64,000 nucleotides of DNA from Candidatus Latescibacterota bacterium (GCA_965242865.1 CBDETK010000013.1:3232001-3296000), one strand, 5' to 3'. Positions 21,274-30,872 are shown, counted from the first letter of the stretch. The notes: generated from the letters alone by a model not told the origin. Translations and numbers: made by a program.

Positions 21274-21306
21274 AAACCCCAAGTCGTTATCGCCAACTTG
21301 GGGTTT
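21274..21306 (-). terminator. Intrinsic terminator after tRNA
   Basis: aaaccccaag...cttggggttt stem with T-rich tail on minus strand. Confidence 0.75.
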
Positions 21307-21309
21307 AAT

Positions 21310-21385
21310 TGGTAGCCCGTACGGGATTCGAACCCGTGTTACCGGCGTGAGAGGCCGGCGTCCTAGGCCTCTAGACGAACGGGCC
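21310..21385 (-). tRNA. tRNA-Glu(CTC)
   Basis: GGCCCGTTCGTCTAGAGGCCTAGGACGCCGGC-CTCTCAC-GCCGGTAACACGGGTTCGAATCCCGTACGGGCTACCA; T-loop GTTCGAA, encoded CCA. Confidence 0.96.
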
Positions 21386-21529
21386 AAAGTTCGTTTTTAG
21401 CCTGACAGGTTCAAAAAATAGAATTCCCAAATTGTATTGTCAAGGTGTGCGGCCGGGCCGTTTGACAGTCGCGGACCGGCGTGGTACTGTTGCCCTGCAC
21501 ACAGAGACCGCCCCGCTGAGGAGAACCAC

Positions 21530-22354
21530 GTGAACGAAATCGAAACCTTTGAATTCGACCGCCAAGGCTACATCGTCATTGAAAACCTGCTCGACGAGAC
21601 CCAAGTGGCCGCGCTGGCCGAGGCCGTCGATGAGCTGGAAGAGCACGCGCTCGCGCACGTTGCCCAGCCGCCGCGCAAGCAAAGCGGCTGGGGGGCCAAC
21701 TACCACGCCAATCCCGAGCGCGGCTATCACGCCAACGGCGAGCGGGCCGAGGGCAAGACCCTCATCATTGAAGATTACTGGAACGCCAACCCGGCCTTTG
21801 ACCTGTTGCTCGACCACCAGCCGACGATGAACTACATCCGCGGCATCGTCAAACAGCGGCCGACGATCAACAACTCCGAGATCCGCATCCGCTACCGCGG
21901 CAACGCCACCGGCTGCCACGGCGGCACCGTCGCGGCCAGCCAAAAGTACCGCTATAGCTACACCGAGCACGGCATCGACTGCATGATGGTGCGGATGGTC
22001 TATTTCATCCACGATTGCACCAACGAGCAGGGGGCCTTTTGCGTGGTGCCGGGGACGCACAAGACCAATTTGCCCTCGCCCCACAGCAACGACCCGGACG
22101 AAGACCCAGACATGATCGGCCTAGCGGTCAAGGCTGGGGACGCGATTCTCTTCACCGAGAATTTGCGCCACGGCGGTTTCACCAACCGCTCTGAGCAGAC
22201 GCGCAAGACCCTGCACGTGGGGTACGGACCGCATTGGATGATGTCGCAAAACATCGCCACCATGGACGAAAGGCAACACATCACCCCAGAGACGTTCGCC
22301 CGCCTCACCGAAGCGCAGCGGGATTTGTTCCGGGCCTATCCACCTCAGCACTAA
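21530..22354 (+). CDS. PhyH-family Fe(II)/2OG enzyme with HxG motif
   Basis: GTG start after GAGGAG; FDRQGYIVI, CHGG, GAFCVVPGTHK, LRHGG, TRKTL. Confidence 0.85.
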   Translation: MNEIETFEFDRQGYIVIENLLDETQVAALAEAVDELEEHALAHVAQPPRKQSGWGANYHANPERGYHANGERAEGKTLIIEDYWNANPAFDLLLDHQPTMNYIRGIVKQRPTINNSEIRIRYRGNATGCHGGTVAASQKYRYSYTEHGIDCMMVRMVYFIHDCTNEQGAFCVVPGTHKTNLPSPHSNDPDEDPDMIGLAVKAGDAILFTENLRHGGFTNRSEQTRKTLHVGYGPHWMMSQNIATMDERQHITPETFARLTEAQRDLFRAYPPQH

Positions 22355-24906
22355 GTCGGAAACTCTTCGTAGTAGCGGTCAAAGGCCGCGGCCGTGCCGC
22401 AGATGTAAAGCGCGTCCTCGGGCTCCAGTACCAACGAAGCCGGGATCTCCATGATCACATCGCCAGCTCGCTCAACAGCCACCACCGAGCAGCCCGTGCG
22501 CTCGCGGATGCGGGCGGCGAGCGGGTGGCGTCCAGCGAGCGGGCCGGGCCTGAGCTTGACCATCTTGATCCGGGGCTTGTGCGAAACCGTCTCGCCGAGG
22601 ACGTGGTGAACCAGCAACTGGCCGGCGACTTGGCTGACCGAGAGCGCGAAATCAGCCCCAGCGCGCTGCACCCGGTCTGCGTTTTCAACGTGGGACACGC
22701 AGGCCAACAGAGGAATTTCTGGGACGTGATCGCGGACTACGGCCGCGGCGAACAGGGCGGCCCCGTCGCTGTCGAGGGCGAGGATGACGACCCGGGCCTC
22801 TGCAATGGCGGCGCGGTCTAGGACGCGCACATCGAGCACATCGCCGACCGCATCGACGCCGGCCCTTTCGACCGCATCGACGACCCGCACGTCCTCGCCC
22901 GCCGCACGGAGAATCTCGACCAGCTTCTGCCCGACATCGCCAAAGCCAATCACCGCAATCGGCCCTTGCTGGGTAATTGGCCGGGCCATGTCGTTTAACC
23001 TGTGAATGCTCGCGGGCGTACCGACCGCCACTAAAATGGCCCCGGGCAGTAGCTTTTCCGCCGCGGCTGGCGGCGACCCGAGCGCGTCGTCCGCCCACTG
23101 CCCGACGATGTGGGCCCCGGTCCGGGTGTAGAGCTCGGCCTCGGCCAAGGTGCGGTTGGCGAGCGGGCTTTGGTCGTGAACGCGCAGCTCGGCCACTTCG
23201 AGGAACGAGTCGAGCGGCTCTACGCCGGCCACGCGCGGCCCGATCTTCGCACTGGCGCGGACGGCAATTGCCGCGGCGAGGACATGGTTGGGGGTAAAGG
23301 CCACGGTCGCACCCGCCAGCAACATGGGGCCGCGGCGCTGGGGGTGCTCTATCATCGCCACGATGGGACCGGCAAAGCCGGCCTCGCGGGCACTGAGCGT
23401 AAACAGCGCGTTGTCGTCGTCGGAACCGTTGGCTACCAGTGCCTTCGCCTCGGTCAACGGCTGTAGGTCCAGAGTCTCTGTCGCTAGGTTCGCGTGTACG
23501 ACCTGTACACCAGCCCTCGTCTGAAGCGGCCGCGCCGTTGCCTCGTCCTCTTCGATCACCACCAGCGGCCGGTGCCGGCTGGAAAGCTCGTCGATTAGGG
23601 TCTCGACCGCCGGGCCGTAGCGGTAGATGACCACGGCGTCTTCTACTGTAGGCAAGGTGCCTTCGGTTGGATTTTCGTCAAAGAGCGGGGTATTGAATTT
23701 GTCGATCTGAAACACCCCGAGTTGGGTGTCGCCCCCATGCGCCACCCGGCCTTCTAGGAGGACGGCGCAGCCCTTGAGTGCCAGCGGCGTGAAGAGATTT
23801 AACAGGAATGCCGTGAAGATCAAAATGCTAAAGGTCTCCTGACCGATGACCCCTTGCGCCAAGGCCAGCGCGGCCAAGATAAACGCCATCTCGGCGCGGC
23901 CGCACATGCCCACGCCCACCGTCATTGCCTCGCGCCAAGACATGCCAAGGCGCAGGGCCATGCCGCCGGCACTAAGCACTTGCCCGGCGATGACCGTCAC
24001 TGCCAGCAACGCGATAAACGCCACGCTCGCCGCGCTAATGTCAAACGAAATGGAAAAGCCCAGCGAGATGAAGAAAATTGGCCCGAGGAACGAATAGGCA
24101 ATGCCGTAGGCGCGGTCGTTTACCACCTTGACTAGGTTGGGGTGGGCGACGCGCTCTTCAAAGAACAGGCCCGCCAAGTAGGCACCCAAAATCATGTGCA
24201 GCCCAATGGCCTCGGCAAAAAGACCGGCTGCAACGGCGGCCAGCAGTACAAAGGTAAAGCCCTTGCCGCCTTCGGAGCGGAAGGGCAGGGTGAGGCGGGG
24301 ATAGACGAAGGTGCCCAACAGCAGCGCGACCGCGAAGAACCCCACCACTTTGCCCAAGTTGACGGCGAGGTCCAAAGGCGCAAAGGTGCCCCCGGACAGC
24401 GCGCCGATCACGAGGCTAAAAAAGATCAAGGTCAAAAGGTCGTTGATGATGCAACTAGCGATGATGATTCGCGCAATGCGCGTATCAGTCAACCCCAAGT
24501 CCTTGAGGCTTTTTAGGGTAATTACAACGGCGGTAGCGGTGCCGATGATCAGCCCCACGAAGACCGAGGCGGCCAGCTCCAGCCCGAAGAGTTGGGCGAC
24601 GGCAAAGCTGACCGCAAAGGGCACTGCGGCCCCGGCTATCGCCACCCCCAGCGAGCGCTTGAGCGCGGCGAAAAACTCGTTGGGCTGGGTCTCCACCCCG
24701 GCGTGGAACATCAGAAAGAAGATGCCGATCTCGGCCAACAACCGGATGGCCTCGTCCGGCTCGACCCAGCCGAACACGGCCGGCCCCACCAAGACCCCGA
24801 CGATCAGTTCGCCCATCACCGTCGGCAGGCCCAGCGGCCGTAAGGTCACGGCCACCAGCCAAATTCCGGCGAGCAAGATGAGTAAATCGAGCGCTACATC
24901 GTGCAT
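22351..24906 (-). CDS. Cation:proton antiporter (CPA2/Kef) fused to tandem RCK (TrkA-N/TrkA-C) domains
   Basis: GELIVGVLVGP; ~12 TM; FFISLG, GVGMCGRAEM; two NAD-binding/RCK-C repeats (VIGFGDVG). Confidence 0.88.
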   Translation of the reverse strand: MHDVALDLLILLAGIWLVAVTLRPLGLPTVMGELIVGVLVGPAVFGWVEPDEAIRLLAEIGIFFLMFHAGVETQPNEFFAALKRSLGVAIAGAAVPFAVSFAVAQLFGLELAASVFVGLIIGTATAVVITLKSLKDLGLTDTRIARIIIASCIINDLLTLIFFSLVIGALSGGTFAPLDLAVNLGKVVGFFAVALLLGTFVYPRLTLPFRSEGGKGFTFVLLAAVAAGLFAEAIGLHMILGAYLAGLFFEERVAHPNLVKVVNDRAYGIAYSFLGPIFFISLGFSISFDISAASVAFIALLAVTVIAGQVLSAGGMALRLGMSWREAMTVGVGMCGRAEMAFILAALALAQGVIGQETFSILIFTAFLLNLFTPLALKGCAVLLEGRVAHGGDTQLGVFQIDKFNTPLFDENPTEGTLPTVEDAVVIYRYGPAVETLIDELSSRHRPLVVIEEDEATARPLQTRAGVQVVHANLATETLDLQPLTEAKALVANGSDDDNALFTLSAREAGFAGPIVAMIEHPQRRGPMLLAGATVAFTPNHVLAAAIAVRASAKIGPRVAGVEPLDSFLEVAELRVHDQSPLANRTLAEAELYTRTGAHIVGQWADDALGSPPAAAEKLLPGAILVAVGTPASIHRLNDMARPITQQGPIAVIGFGDVGQKLVEILRAAGEDVRVVDAVERAGVDAVGDVLDVRVLDRAAIAEARVVILALDSDGAALFAAAVVRDHVPEIPLLACVSHVENADRVQRAGADFALSVSQVAGQLLVHHVLGETVSHKPRIKMVKLRPGPLAGRHPLAARIRERTGCSVVAVERAGDVIMEIPASLVLEPEDALYICGTAAAFDRYYEEFPT

Positions 24907-24962
24907 GAGGAAGACGGCCTGCTTGCTCTAAGGAGGCATTTTCTGCGGTTCCCGCTAGACAG

Positions 24963-25232
24963 CTAGCGCCGTCGGCCCCGCCGGGGCTTGCCGCGCGGGC
25001 GCGAGAAGGGGCGGGCGGTCATTTCCTCGACGACTAGGTCAAAGCCCTTGAGGTTTTGCCCGTTGAGCATGTCAATGGCCTCGCGGGCCGCGGCCTTGCT
25101 GGGCATGTCGATTTGGCCCCAGCGGCGGCGTGGGTCAATGGTGACAGCGGCGACCGCACCGAACAACTCAAACAGCGTGCGGAGGTCGTCCTCAGTGGTG
25201 TCAGCAGACAGATTATCGACGCGAATCTTCAT
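24963..25232 (-). CDS. RRM RNA-binding protein
   Basis: IRVDNLS.DTTEDDLRTLFELFG, AIDMLNG..L.G; Arg/Gly tail. Confidence 0.85.
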   Translation of the reverse strand: MKIRVDNLSADTTEDDLRTLFELFGAVAAVTIDPRRRWGQIDMPSKAAAREAIDMLNGQNLKGFDLVVEEMTARPFSRPRGKPRRGRRR

Positions 25233-25423
25233 CTAAACTCCAAAATAAAAAAGGGAATTATATAGATGCCTAAGCAGGGTGCATCGGCATAAAATCTCTA
25301 CAAATTTTGCTAAACTTGGTTAAATTTGTAAAACATTCGAGTTCAAAAACTTTGACGAATTTGCCAAATTTGGTTAAATCGTCAAAAAAACCCTATCCGC
25401 TTAGACAACTATATAAGCCCCAT

Positions 25424-25459
25424 AAAAAAGGGGGTGATGCGGTGTACATCACCCCCTTC
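25424..25459 (-). terminator. Intrinsic terminator after cold-shock gene
   Basis: aagggggtgatg...catcaccccctt stem plus T6 on minus strand. Confidence 0.8.
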
Positions 25460-25483
25460 TGCACTATGGTAAAGCGCAAGGGT

Positions 25484-25696
25484 CTAAGTAAGTGCTACGA
25501 CGCTCTCAGCCGCCGGGCCTTTCTTGCCCTGAACGACTTCAAACTCCACTTCCTGCCCGTCGGACAAGGAGCGAAACCCCTCGGCCCGGATCGCGCTGTG
25601 GTGGACGAAAACATCTTCGCCGTTTTCGCGCTCGATAAATCCGAAGCCCTTCGCGTCGTTGAACCACTTTACGGTTCCCTTCTCGCGGTCTGCCAT
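25484..25696 (-). CDS. Cold-shock protein (CspA family)
   Basis: [31 protein letters not shown]. Confidence 0.96.
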   Translation of the reverse strand: MADREKGTVKWFNDAKGFGFIERENGEDVFVHHSAIRAEGFRSLSDGQEVEFEVVQGKKGPAAESVVALT

Positions 25697-25749
25697 GAGT
25701 AAAATCCTTTGCAATGTGCGGTTAGTGCAGAGCGTGCGAATAACTTTGA

Positions 25750-25815
25750 GTAGGAATCTACTGCTTCAGGCTTTTCGGTAGGAAAACTACATCAGGCCCG
25801 GGGGTAGGAATCTAC
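25750..25815 (-). promoter_or_regulatory. Three GTAG-N4/5-CTAC mini-hairpins in the csp leader
   Basis: gtaggaatctac 25750-61, gtaggaaaactac 25778-90, gtaggaatctac 25804-15. Confidence 0.5.
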
Positions 25816-26006
25816 GCGGATCCGAACGACTGCCAACGCGGTCCATAAACGCCCCTACAACTATTGCAGAGACAAACAATGGGCTAAATATAGTCAATCT
25901 TAGCCGCAACACAAGCAACTAATTCGCCAGCCACCGGGCCATCTCTCCCCCACTCCTTGGTTTGGAATTGGCCCTGCGGCCTCTATATTAAAGGAATTCA
26001 CACCCA

Positions 26007-26717
26007 ATGGAGAAACGGACCATGAGCGCGACCGGACCGGGGTTTGCCGCCGAAGATATGAGCCTTTTTGTGCGGATGCAGCGCGTGTTTTATGCACCTC
26101 GCACGGCTTTTGCCGCAGTGCGCGGCCAAGAGAGCGCACACGACTGGTTGCTGCCGGCGCTCTTGGTTTGCGCGGTCGGGATTGGTGCCCATCACCTAGC
26201 CTTCAACGCGGCCCCTCCAGCCGTCCAGCAGCAACTAGAGAGCTTGGACGAGGCCGAGCGGCAGCGCCTAGCGGCGTTCCAAGCGCATGGCTGGATGGTG
26301 ATCCCGGTGGGGCTTTTCTCTTCTTTGGTCGTGGTCGGGGGCGTGCTGTTGGTGCTGGTGCGCTCGGTTTTCCAAGCCGAGGTTAGCTACCGGCAAATGC
26401 TGGTAGTCAAAGCTTATGCGGCCCTAGTGGTGGCTGTTGAGTGGGCGGTGCAGGCGGTGCTGGTGCTGGCGACGGGCAACATTGAGGCGCATATCGGGCT
26501 GGGCCTTTTCCTGTCCGAGGAGGCGGCCGCCACGTTTGGCGGCCGGGTACTCATGGCCCTCAATCCCTTTGACCTGTGGCAGATTGGGATCATGGGCGTC
26601 GGGTTGAGCGCGCTGACCGACGCGCCCGTGCGGAAGGCGACTGTCTTGCTGGGGCTTTTGTGGCTGGTCTGGCTAATCGGCGGAACCGTCATCGAGACCA
26701 TCGGGCGGACCGCTTGA
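26007..26717 (+). CDS. Yip1-family membrane protein
   Basis: RVFYAPRTAF..V motif, five hydrophobic segments, LNPFDLW. Confidence 0.8.
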   Translation: MEKRTMSATGPGFAAEDMSLFVRMQRVFYAPRTAFAAVRGQESAHDWLLPALLVCAVGIGAHHLAFNAAPPAVQQQLESLDEAERQRLAAFQAHGWMVIPVGLFSSLVVVGGVLLVLVRSVFQAEVSYRQMLVVKAYAALVVAVEWAVQAVLVLATGNIEAHIGLGLFLSEEAAATFGGRVLMALNPFDLWQIGIMGVGLSALTDAPVRKATVLLGLLWLVWLIGGTVIETIGRTA

Positions 26718-26735
26718 CGTCAGGCGTGAGTCTTT

Positions 26736-27749
26736 CTACCTCCCCACCTCCACTCCCTGCACCCCAAACACTTCTGCGAGAAAATTCTCGCCCATACGCA
26801 CGTAGCCCGTAGCGTCTGGATGGAGATTGTCGGGCAGATATTCGGCGAGGCTTTCGTCAAAGAGCTTGAGACCGCCGATGTAATAGATGGTGTCGTCGCC
26901 GCGCCGCTTAAACGCTTCGACCGCTTCCGCAACCTCGACCCGCATCTGCTCCAAGGTTAGGCCGACCGCATTGGGCGTGGTCTCGCGGTCGTGCCCCCAA
27001 ATCGGCGAGCAGACTGCCAACGGGGTGTGGGGATGACCGTCGCGGATGGTGGCAATGGTGCCGAGGACGGCCGGGCGGAAGGCACGCGGCCCGAGGCTGG
27101 CCGCACCGTAGATGTTGATGCCGAGCTTGACCGAGATAAAGTCTGCGGGCAGGTCGCGGATTAGCCGGGCGATGAACGGGTCGGCGTGGCACTGGCCGCC
27201 GTAGCCCAGCGAAGTGAGGTTGAAGTCTCGAGCGCGAGCGACCACCCCGGGCCAAGTGGTAGCGGGCGATCCGGCGTTGCTGCAATGAGTGATCGAGCTG
27301 CCATAAGTAACCCACTTCAGCCGAGTGTCCTCGCTTTTTTCGCAACGCGCTCCCGCGGGCAATTCGAGGTGGCGCAGGGCGACGGGCATGGCCGGCGACA
27401 GCCAGATTTCCAAGGATTTCTCGCCCGCCGGCAAGCCCGCAAAGCGGACCTCGGTCGCACCCGCCCGATATGCAGCCGTGGCCGCGATCGATCCGTTGAT
27501 GCACAGGTCAAAGCAGCCGTCTTCGGCCAGCGGCTCGCAGCCGACGACTAATTCCTCGGCATCCGAGACCAAGCACACTCGCACGCCCGAAGGCATCTCG
27601 GCCCGCTCGGCCAAGCCGCTCGCCCCGGGCGAGTACAAGTCCAAATCTACGTGGGGAATGCGCCAAGGCTTGACCCAGCCCGGCCCCTGTTCGAGCGAGA
27701 GGGCACCGCTCCACGTCAGGCGGGGGTCTGTAGCAGGAATGATGGGCAT
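26736..27749 (-). CDS. SGNH/GDSL hydrolase
   Basis: YGSSITH, LGYGG, LGIN, DNLHP. Confidence 0.9.
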   Translation of the reverse strand: MPIIPATDPRLTWSGALSLEQGPGWVKPWRIPHVDLDLYSPGASGLAERAEMPSGVRVCLVSDAEELVVGCEPLAEDGCFDLCINGSIAATAAYRAGATEVRFAGLPAGEKSLEIWLSPAMPVALRHLELPAGARCEKSEDTRLKWVTYGSSITHCSNAGSPATTWPGVVARARDFNLTSLGYGGQCHADPFIARLIRDLPADFISVKLGINIYGAASLGPRAFRPAVLGTIATIRDGHPHTPLAVCSPIWGHDRETTPNAVGLTLEQMRVEVAEAVEAFKRRGDDTIYYIGGLKLFDESLAEYLPDNLHPDATGYVRMGENFLAEVFGVQGVEVGR

Positions 27750-27831
27750 AAAAATCCTTTCTGTGTGGAAGGGAACAGGCTCAATTGGTGCGCGAGCGAA
27801 CTACGGTTCCGCCATCGGCTTCTATCAGCCA

Positions 27832-28629
27832 TCAATAATACGTCTCCGCGTTGTGTACTGGGTCGTAGCCCACTTCGCGCCGGGGCGTTTCAATGTCAAA
27901 GATGTTGTAGGTGTTGTCCGAGATCGCAAAATAGTGCGCGCCGCTGGGCAGGTCACCGGCGCAATGCCGCTGGAAGCAGGCGTGGACCAAGCGGGCGGCG
28001 TCCTCTTGGTGGCACCAGACGGCAAAGTAGCCCCGTTCCGCGGCGCGGGCGTCGTTTTGTGCATTGACGCCACCCCAACGCATGGCAACCGCGCTGTGGC
28101 CTTGGTCGGCGACCTTTTGCACCCATTCCTCCACGTGGGCTTTTTCGCGTCCGTAGTCGTTGATCGGGTGTGCGGGCACGGCCGCGGAAATTCGCTCGGG
28201 CCAATCGGTTATCTGGTCGAACTGCCGCTCGGCCAAGGTCCAGTAGAAGCCCGGTTGGTGAAAGTCGTACAGTCCATCCACCGCGTGAACCGAGCTGGAG
28301 CCGACGATCATCGGCGGCTCGTCTTGGGCCAACACCGCTGCAAAAACCAAGTCGGTCATCCGGTTCATGGCCGCCAAGCCGCCGCACCGAGCCAGATAGA
28401 CGACCAAGTCGCACCCGGGAATCAGGGCGCGAAAGGCATCCGGCGATTTCGTAATATCGAGGTCGATAAAATCCCCGCCGGCATCCGGCTCGGTCGCCTT
28501 GTCTGGCGCACCGGGCAAATCCACGGAAACTATGCGGTAGCGCGGGTCGAGCCGCGGCATATAGGTCCGCAGGCCCGAGCCAATCGCGCCGCGCCCGCCG
28601 ATGAGCAACACCTTATATACTGACGCCAT
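27832..28629 (-). CDS. NAD-dependent epimerase/dehydrogenase (uronate dehydrogenase-like)
   Basis: GGRGAIG, GSSSVHA, YGREK, AISDN. Confidence 0.85.
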   Translation of the reverse strand: MASVYKVLLIGGRGAIGSGLRTYMPRLDPRYRIVSVDLPGAPDKATEPDAGGDFIDLDITKSPDAFRALIPGCDLVVYLARCGGLAAMNRMTDLVFAAVLAQDEPPMIVGSSSVHAVDGLYDFHQPGFYWTLAERQFDQITDWPERISAAVPAHPINDYGREKAHVEEWVQKVADQGHSAVAMRWGGVNAQNDARAAERGYFAVWCHQEDAARLVHACFQRHCAGDLPSGAHYFAISDNTYNIFDIETPRREVGYDPVHNAETYY

Positions 28630-28804
28630 GCAACGCCTCCTTTTGTGCAGGCAAACCTAAGCGACGCACCGCCGATTGACCAGCCTTTGCTACGCATCTG
28701 GATGCTTCTAAAAGGCCGCGATCACTCCCTTTTTCAGCTACTATGGCGACGCGGCGTTCGTCCGGCGACCAAGAGACCAAGATAAAGAACCGCGGATGTT
28801 GTCC

Positions 28805-29763
28805 TATAGCAATCCGAAATGCCTTGAAAGGTTAATATGATTCAAGCGGTGCTCGGCGTTCAGTCGGGGTTCATCCGTACGTGGAAGAAGCGGTATCTAT
28901 CTGAGGGGGTCGAATGCTTGCGCTTAGGCTATAAAGGCTCGCTCTCCTATTTGTCGGCCGCTCAGCGGGCGCAAATTACCCGCTGGTTAGCCACCCCATC
29001 GCCGCCCTCGGTGGCGTCGTTGGCCTCCTATATCCAAACACAGTTTGGCGTGGTCTATCGCTCCTCACAGCGTTATTACGCTCTGCTCTCGCAGGCGGGC
29101 TATCGTCGGAAGAAGCCCCACGCCCGTTCGCCCCAAGCCGACCCGCGCCAAGGGATCGCACGGCGCGCTGAGATAAAAAAAACTAGCCGCGTATATGCCA
29201 GATCTCCAAGCGGGGCGTCTGAGTGCCTTTTTTGTTGACGAGTCGCACCTACCCTGGGGGGATGCTGGGGGCCGATCCGATCAACGGCTTAGGGTGTGCA
29301 TGGACAACGCCCGTCAACGCCAGACCGATTATGGGGCCTTGGATGTCGTCAAGGGGACCTTCCTGATGCAAAGCGATCCCAAGGCCAATTCGCAGCATAC
29401 AGTGGACTTTATACGCTATATACAACAGCGTCGTCCCGGTCAACGGTTATTGATTTTTTGGGATGGGGCTTCCTATCATCGTCAACAGGCCATGTGCACC
29501 GTTCTCGAAACGATACAAGCGAACCGACCACCGGTTCCATGGAAGGTATGCTGTATGCGATTGGCCCCTTATACACCGCAAGAAAATCCCGTTGAAGATA
29601 TTTGGTTAAAAGGGAAGACTTTTGTGCGTACCCATGCGTTGCGGACCACAAACTTTGAACCGATCAAAGACCTCTTTGTCAAGGGAATTCGACGAAAAAA
29701 TACTTCCAGTTCCCTAAATTAAAGCAATATATAACATCTCTTAAATAATTTAGAATTGCTATA
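28805..29763 (+). mobile_element. IS630-family insertion sequence, probably degenerate
   Basis: Ends TATAGCAATCCGAAAT (28805-20) / ATTTAGAATTGCTATA (29748-63) including TA target; HTH ORF 28837..29238 and DDE ORF 29195..29722 (FVDESH, WDGASYH, NPVEDIW). Confidence 0.9.
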
Positions 29764-29790
29764 TCAGTTCCGTCTAGAGAATCTGCACAG

Positions 29791-30162
29791 TCAAACCAAT
29801 TCCTCAATCTTCACCGCACCATTTTCCACTACGTCCACTCTTAGGCCGTGTCCTCGGAGCAATCCCATTCCTACAAGGGGATCAGTATCTGCCGCATCCA
29901 CTTCTACCGTGCGGTCCTGTCCGTTCCATAAAACGGTTCCTACATACGCGTCGAATACGTGCAAGCTGCCATCGGCTAGTAGTGCTTGGGCGCGATTTTG
30001 CCAAGACAGGGCCAGTCGGTCTATCAACGCCATCGGGAGCGTCAGGTGACCGGTGAAGCCAGTGTCGATTATGGCCTCAATTTCATGCTCATCCCCGGTA
30101 ATGCCACGAAGGGTAAGGCGGATGGTCGCCTCGCAATTCTCATTTACTCTGCCCTCAATCAT
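29791..30162 (-). CDS. Clan AA (retropepsin-like) aspartic protease
   Basis: Start MIEGRV; AIIDTGFTG, LADG, PLVGMGLL. Confidence 0.88.
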   Translation of the reverse strand: MIEGRVNENCEATIRLTLRGITGDEHEIEAIIDTGFTGHLTLPMALIDRLALSWQNRAQALLADGSLHVFDAYVGTVLWNGQDRTVEVDAADTDPLVGMGLLRGHGLRVDVVENGAVKIEELV

Positions 30163-30434
30163 ATTGAGCTCCCTGTATGCGACTGCCCGAACCGATGTAC
30201 CGCCCGATGCCCGATACGCACCAACCACGGCTGCGCCGCCGGGCAACGCGCCAACAGTTGACCAGAGGCGGCAAGGGTGTCGTCCCCCACCTCGAACTCG
30301 CCTGTCTCAATATCAATCGCCACGATCCGGCCCCTATTGCCTTCTTCCACCTGCAACCTCACTCGTTGCTCGTAGATCGCCTGACCTCGCCGGGCGAACT
30401 CCTCTTTGCTATAACGCGGCTGTCGCACTCTCAT
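30159..30434 (-). CDS. Small DUF5678-like protein coupled to aspartic protease
   Basis: RRGQAIYE...GRIVAIDIETGEFEV...RIG; stop overlaps downstream start (ATGA). Confidence 0.7.
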   Translation of the reverse strand: MRVRQPRYSKEEFARRGQAIYEQRVRLQVEEGNRGRIVAIDIETGEFEVGDDTLAASGQLLARCPAAQPWLVRIGHRAVHRFGQSHTGSSI

Positions 30435-30828
30435 GCTGATTCTCCTTTCTCGATCTCGTCCGCAGATTCTTGAGCCGCACGGCCGGCAGCCTTTTCAGGC
30501 GTTGATTACTCGGATCAACCTCAATACCCACGGACTCCAAGGCCGTAACGCCGAGCAACGGTTCGGCGTTTTCCTCGCCGAAAAGGATCGTTCCGCCGAC
30601 GATCTCCCCCATAAATTCGATGTCCGCTGTGGTGATGTTCATTTTGATTTCGCGCCCGTCTGCCAGTTCATACACCCGCGCCCCCTTGGGCCTAAGCCCG
30701 ATGCCCTCCAGACTGGATCGGGGGACTAGGCAATCCGTCGCGCCTGTGTCAACCAGAAACAGCCCTTCCCAAGCTCGGTCTGGTTCAGCCGGATTCCGAA
30801 TGGTAACAGTAACATGCGTCGCGCCCAT
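30409..30828 (-). CDS. Clan AA aspartic protease (AF_0612-like)
   Basis: FLVDTGAT, YELADG, PLLGVTALES; RBS GGAGG. Confidence 0.88.
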   Translation of the reverse strand: MGATHVTVTIRNPAEPDRAWEGLFLVDTGATDCLVPRSSLEGIGLRPKGARVYELADGREIKMNITTADIEFMGEIVGGTILFGEENAEPLLGVTALESVGIEVDPSNQRLKRLPAVRLKNLRTRSRKENQHESATAAL

Positions 30829-30872
30829 TATAGCCCTCCTCTCGGTTGTTCAGCGGCCTCCACGACCTCCAC

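Noticed and set aside
21310-21385. tRNA-Glu as an active integration site for the islands
   Set aside because: No integrase and no duplicated tRNA 3' end found in the window.
27325-28623. 432-aa plus-strand ORF and similar long antisense ORFs (e.g. 56146..57411, 49109..50032, 30874..31875)
   Set aside because: Shadow frames of well-supported genes in GC-rich DNA, with no recognisable motifs.
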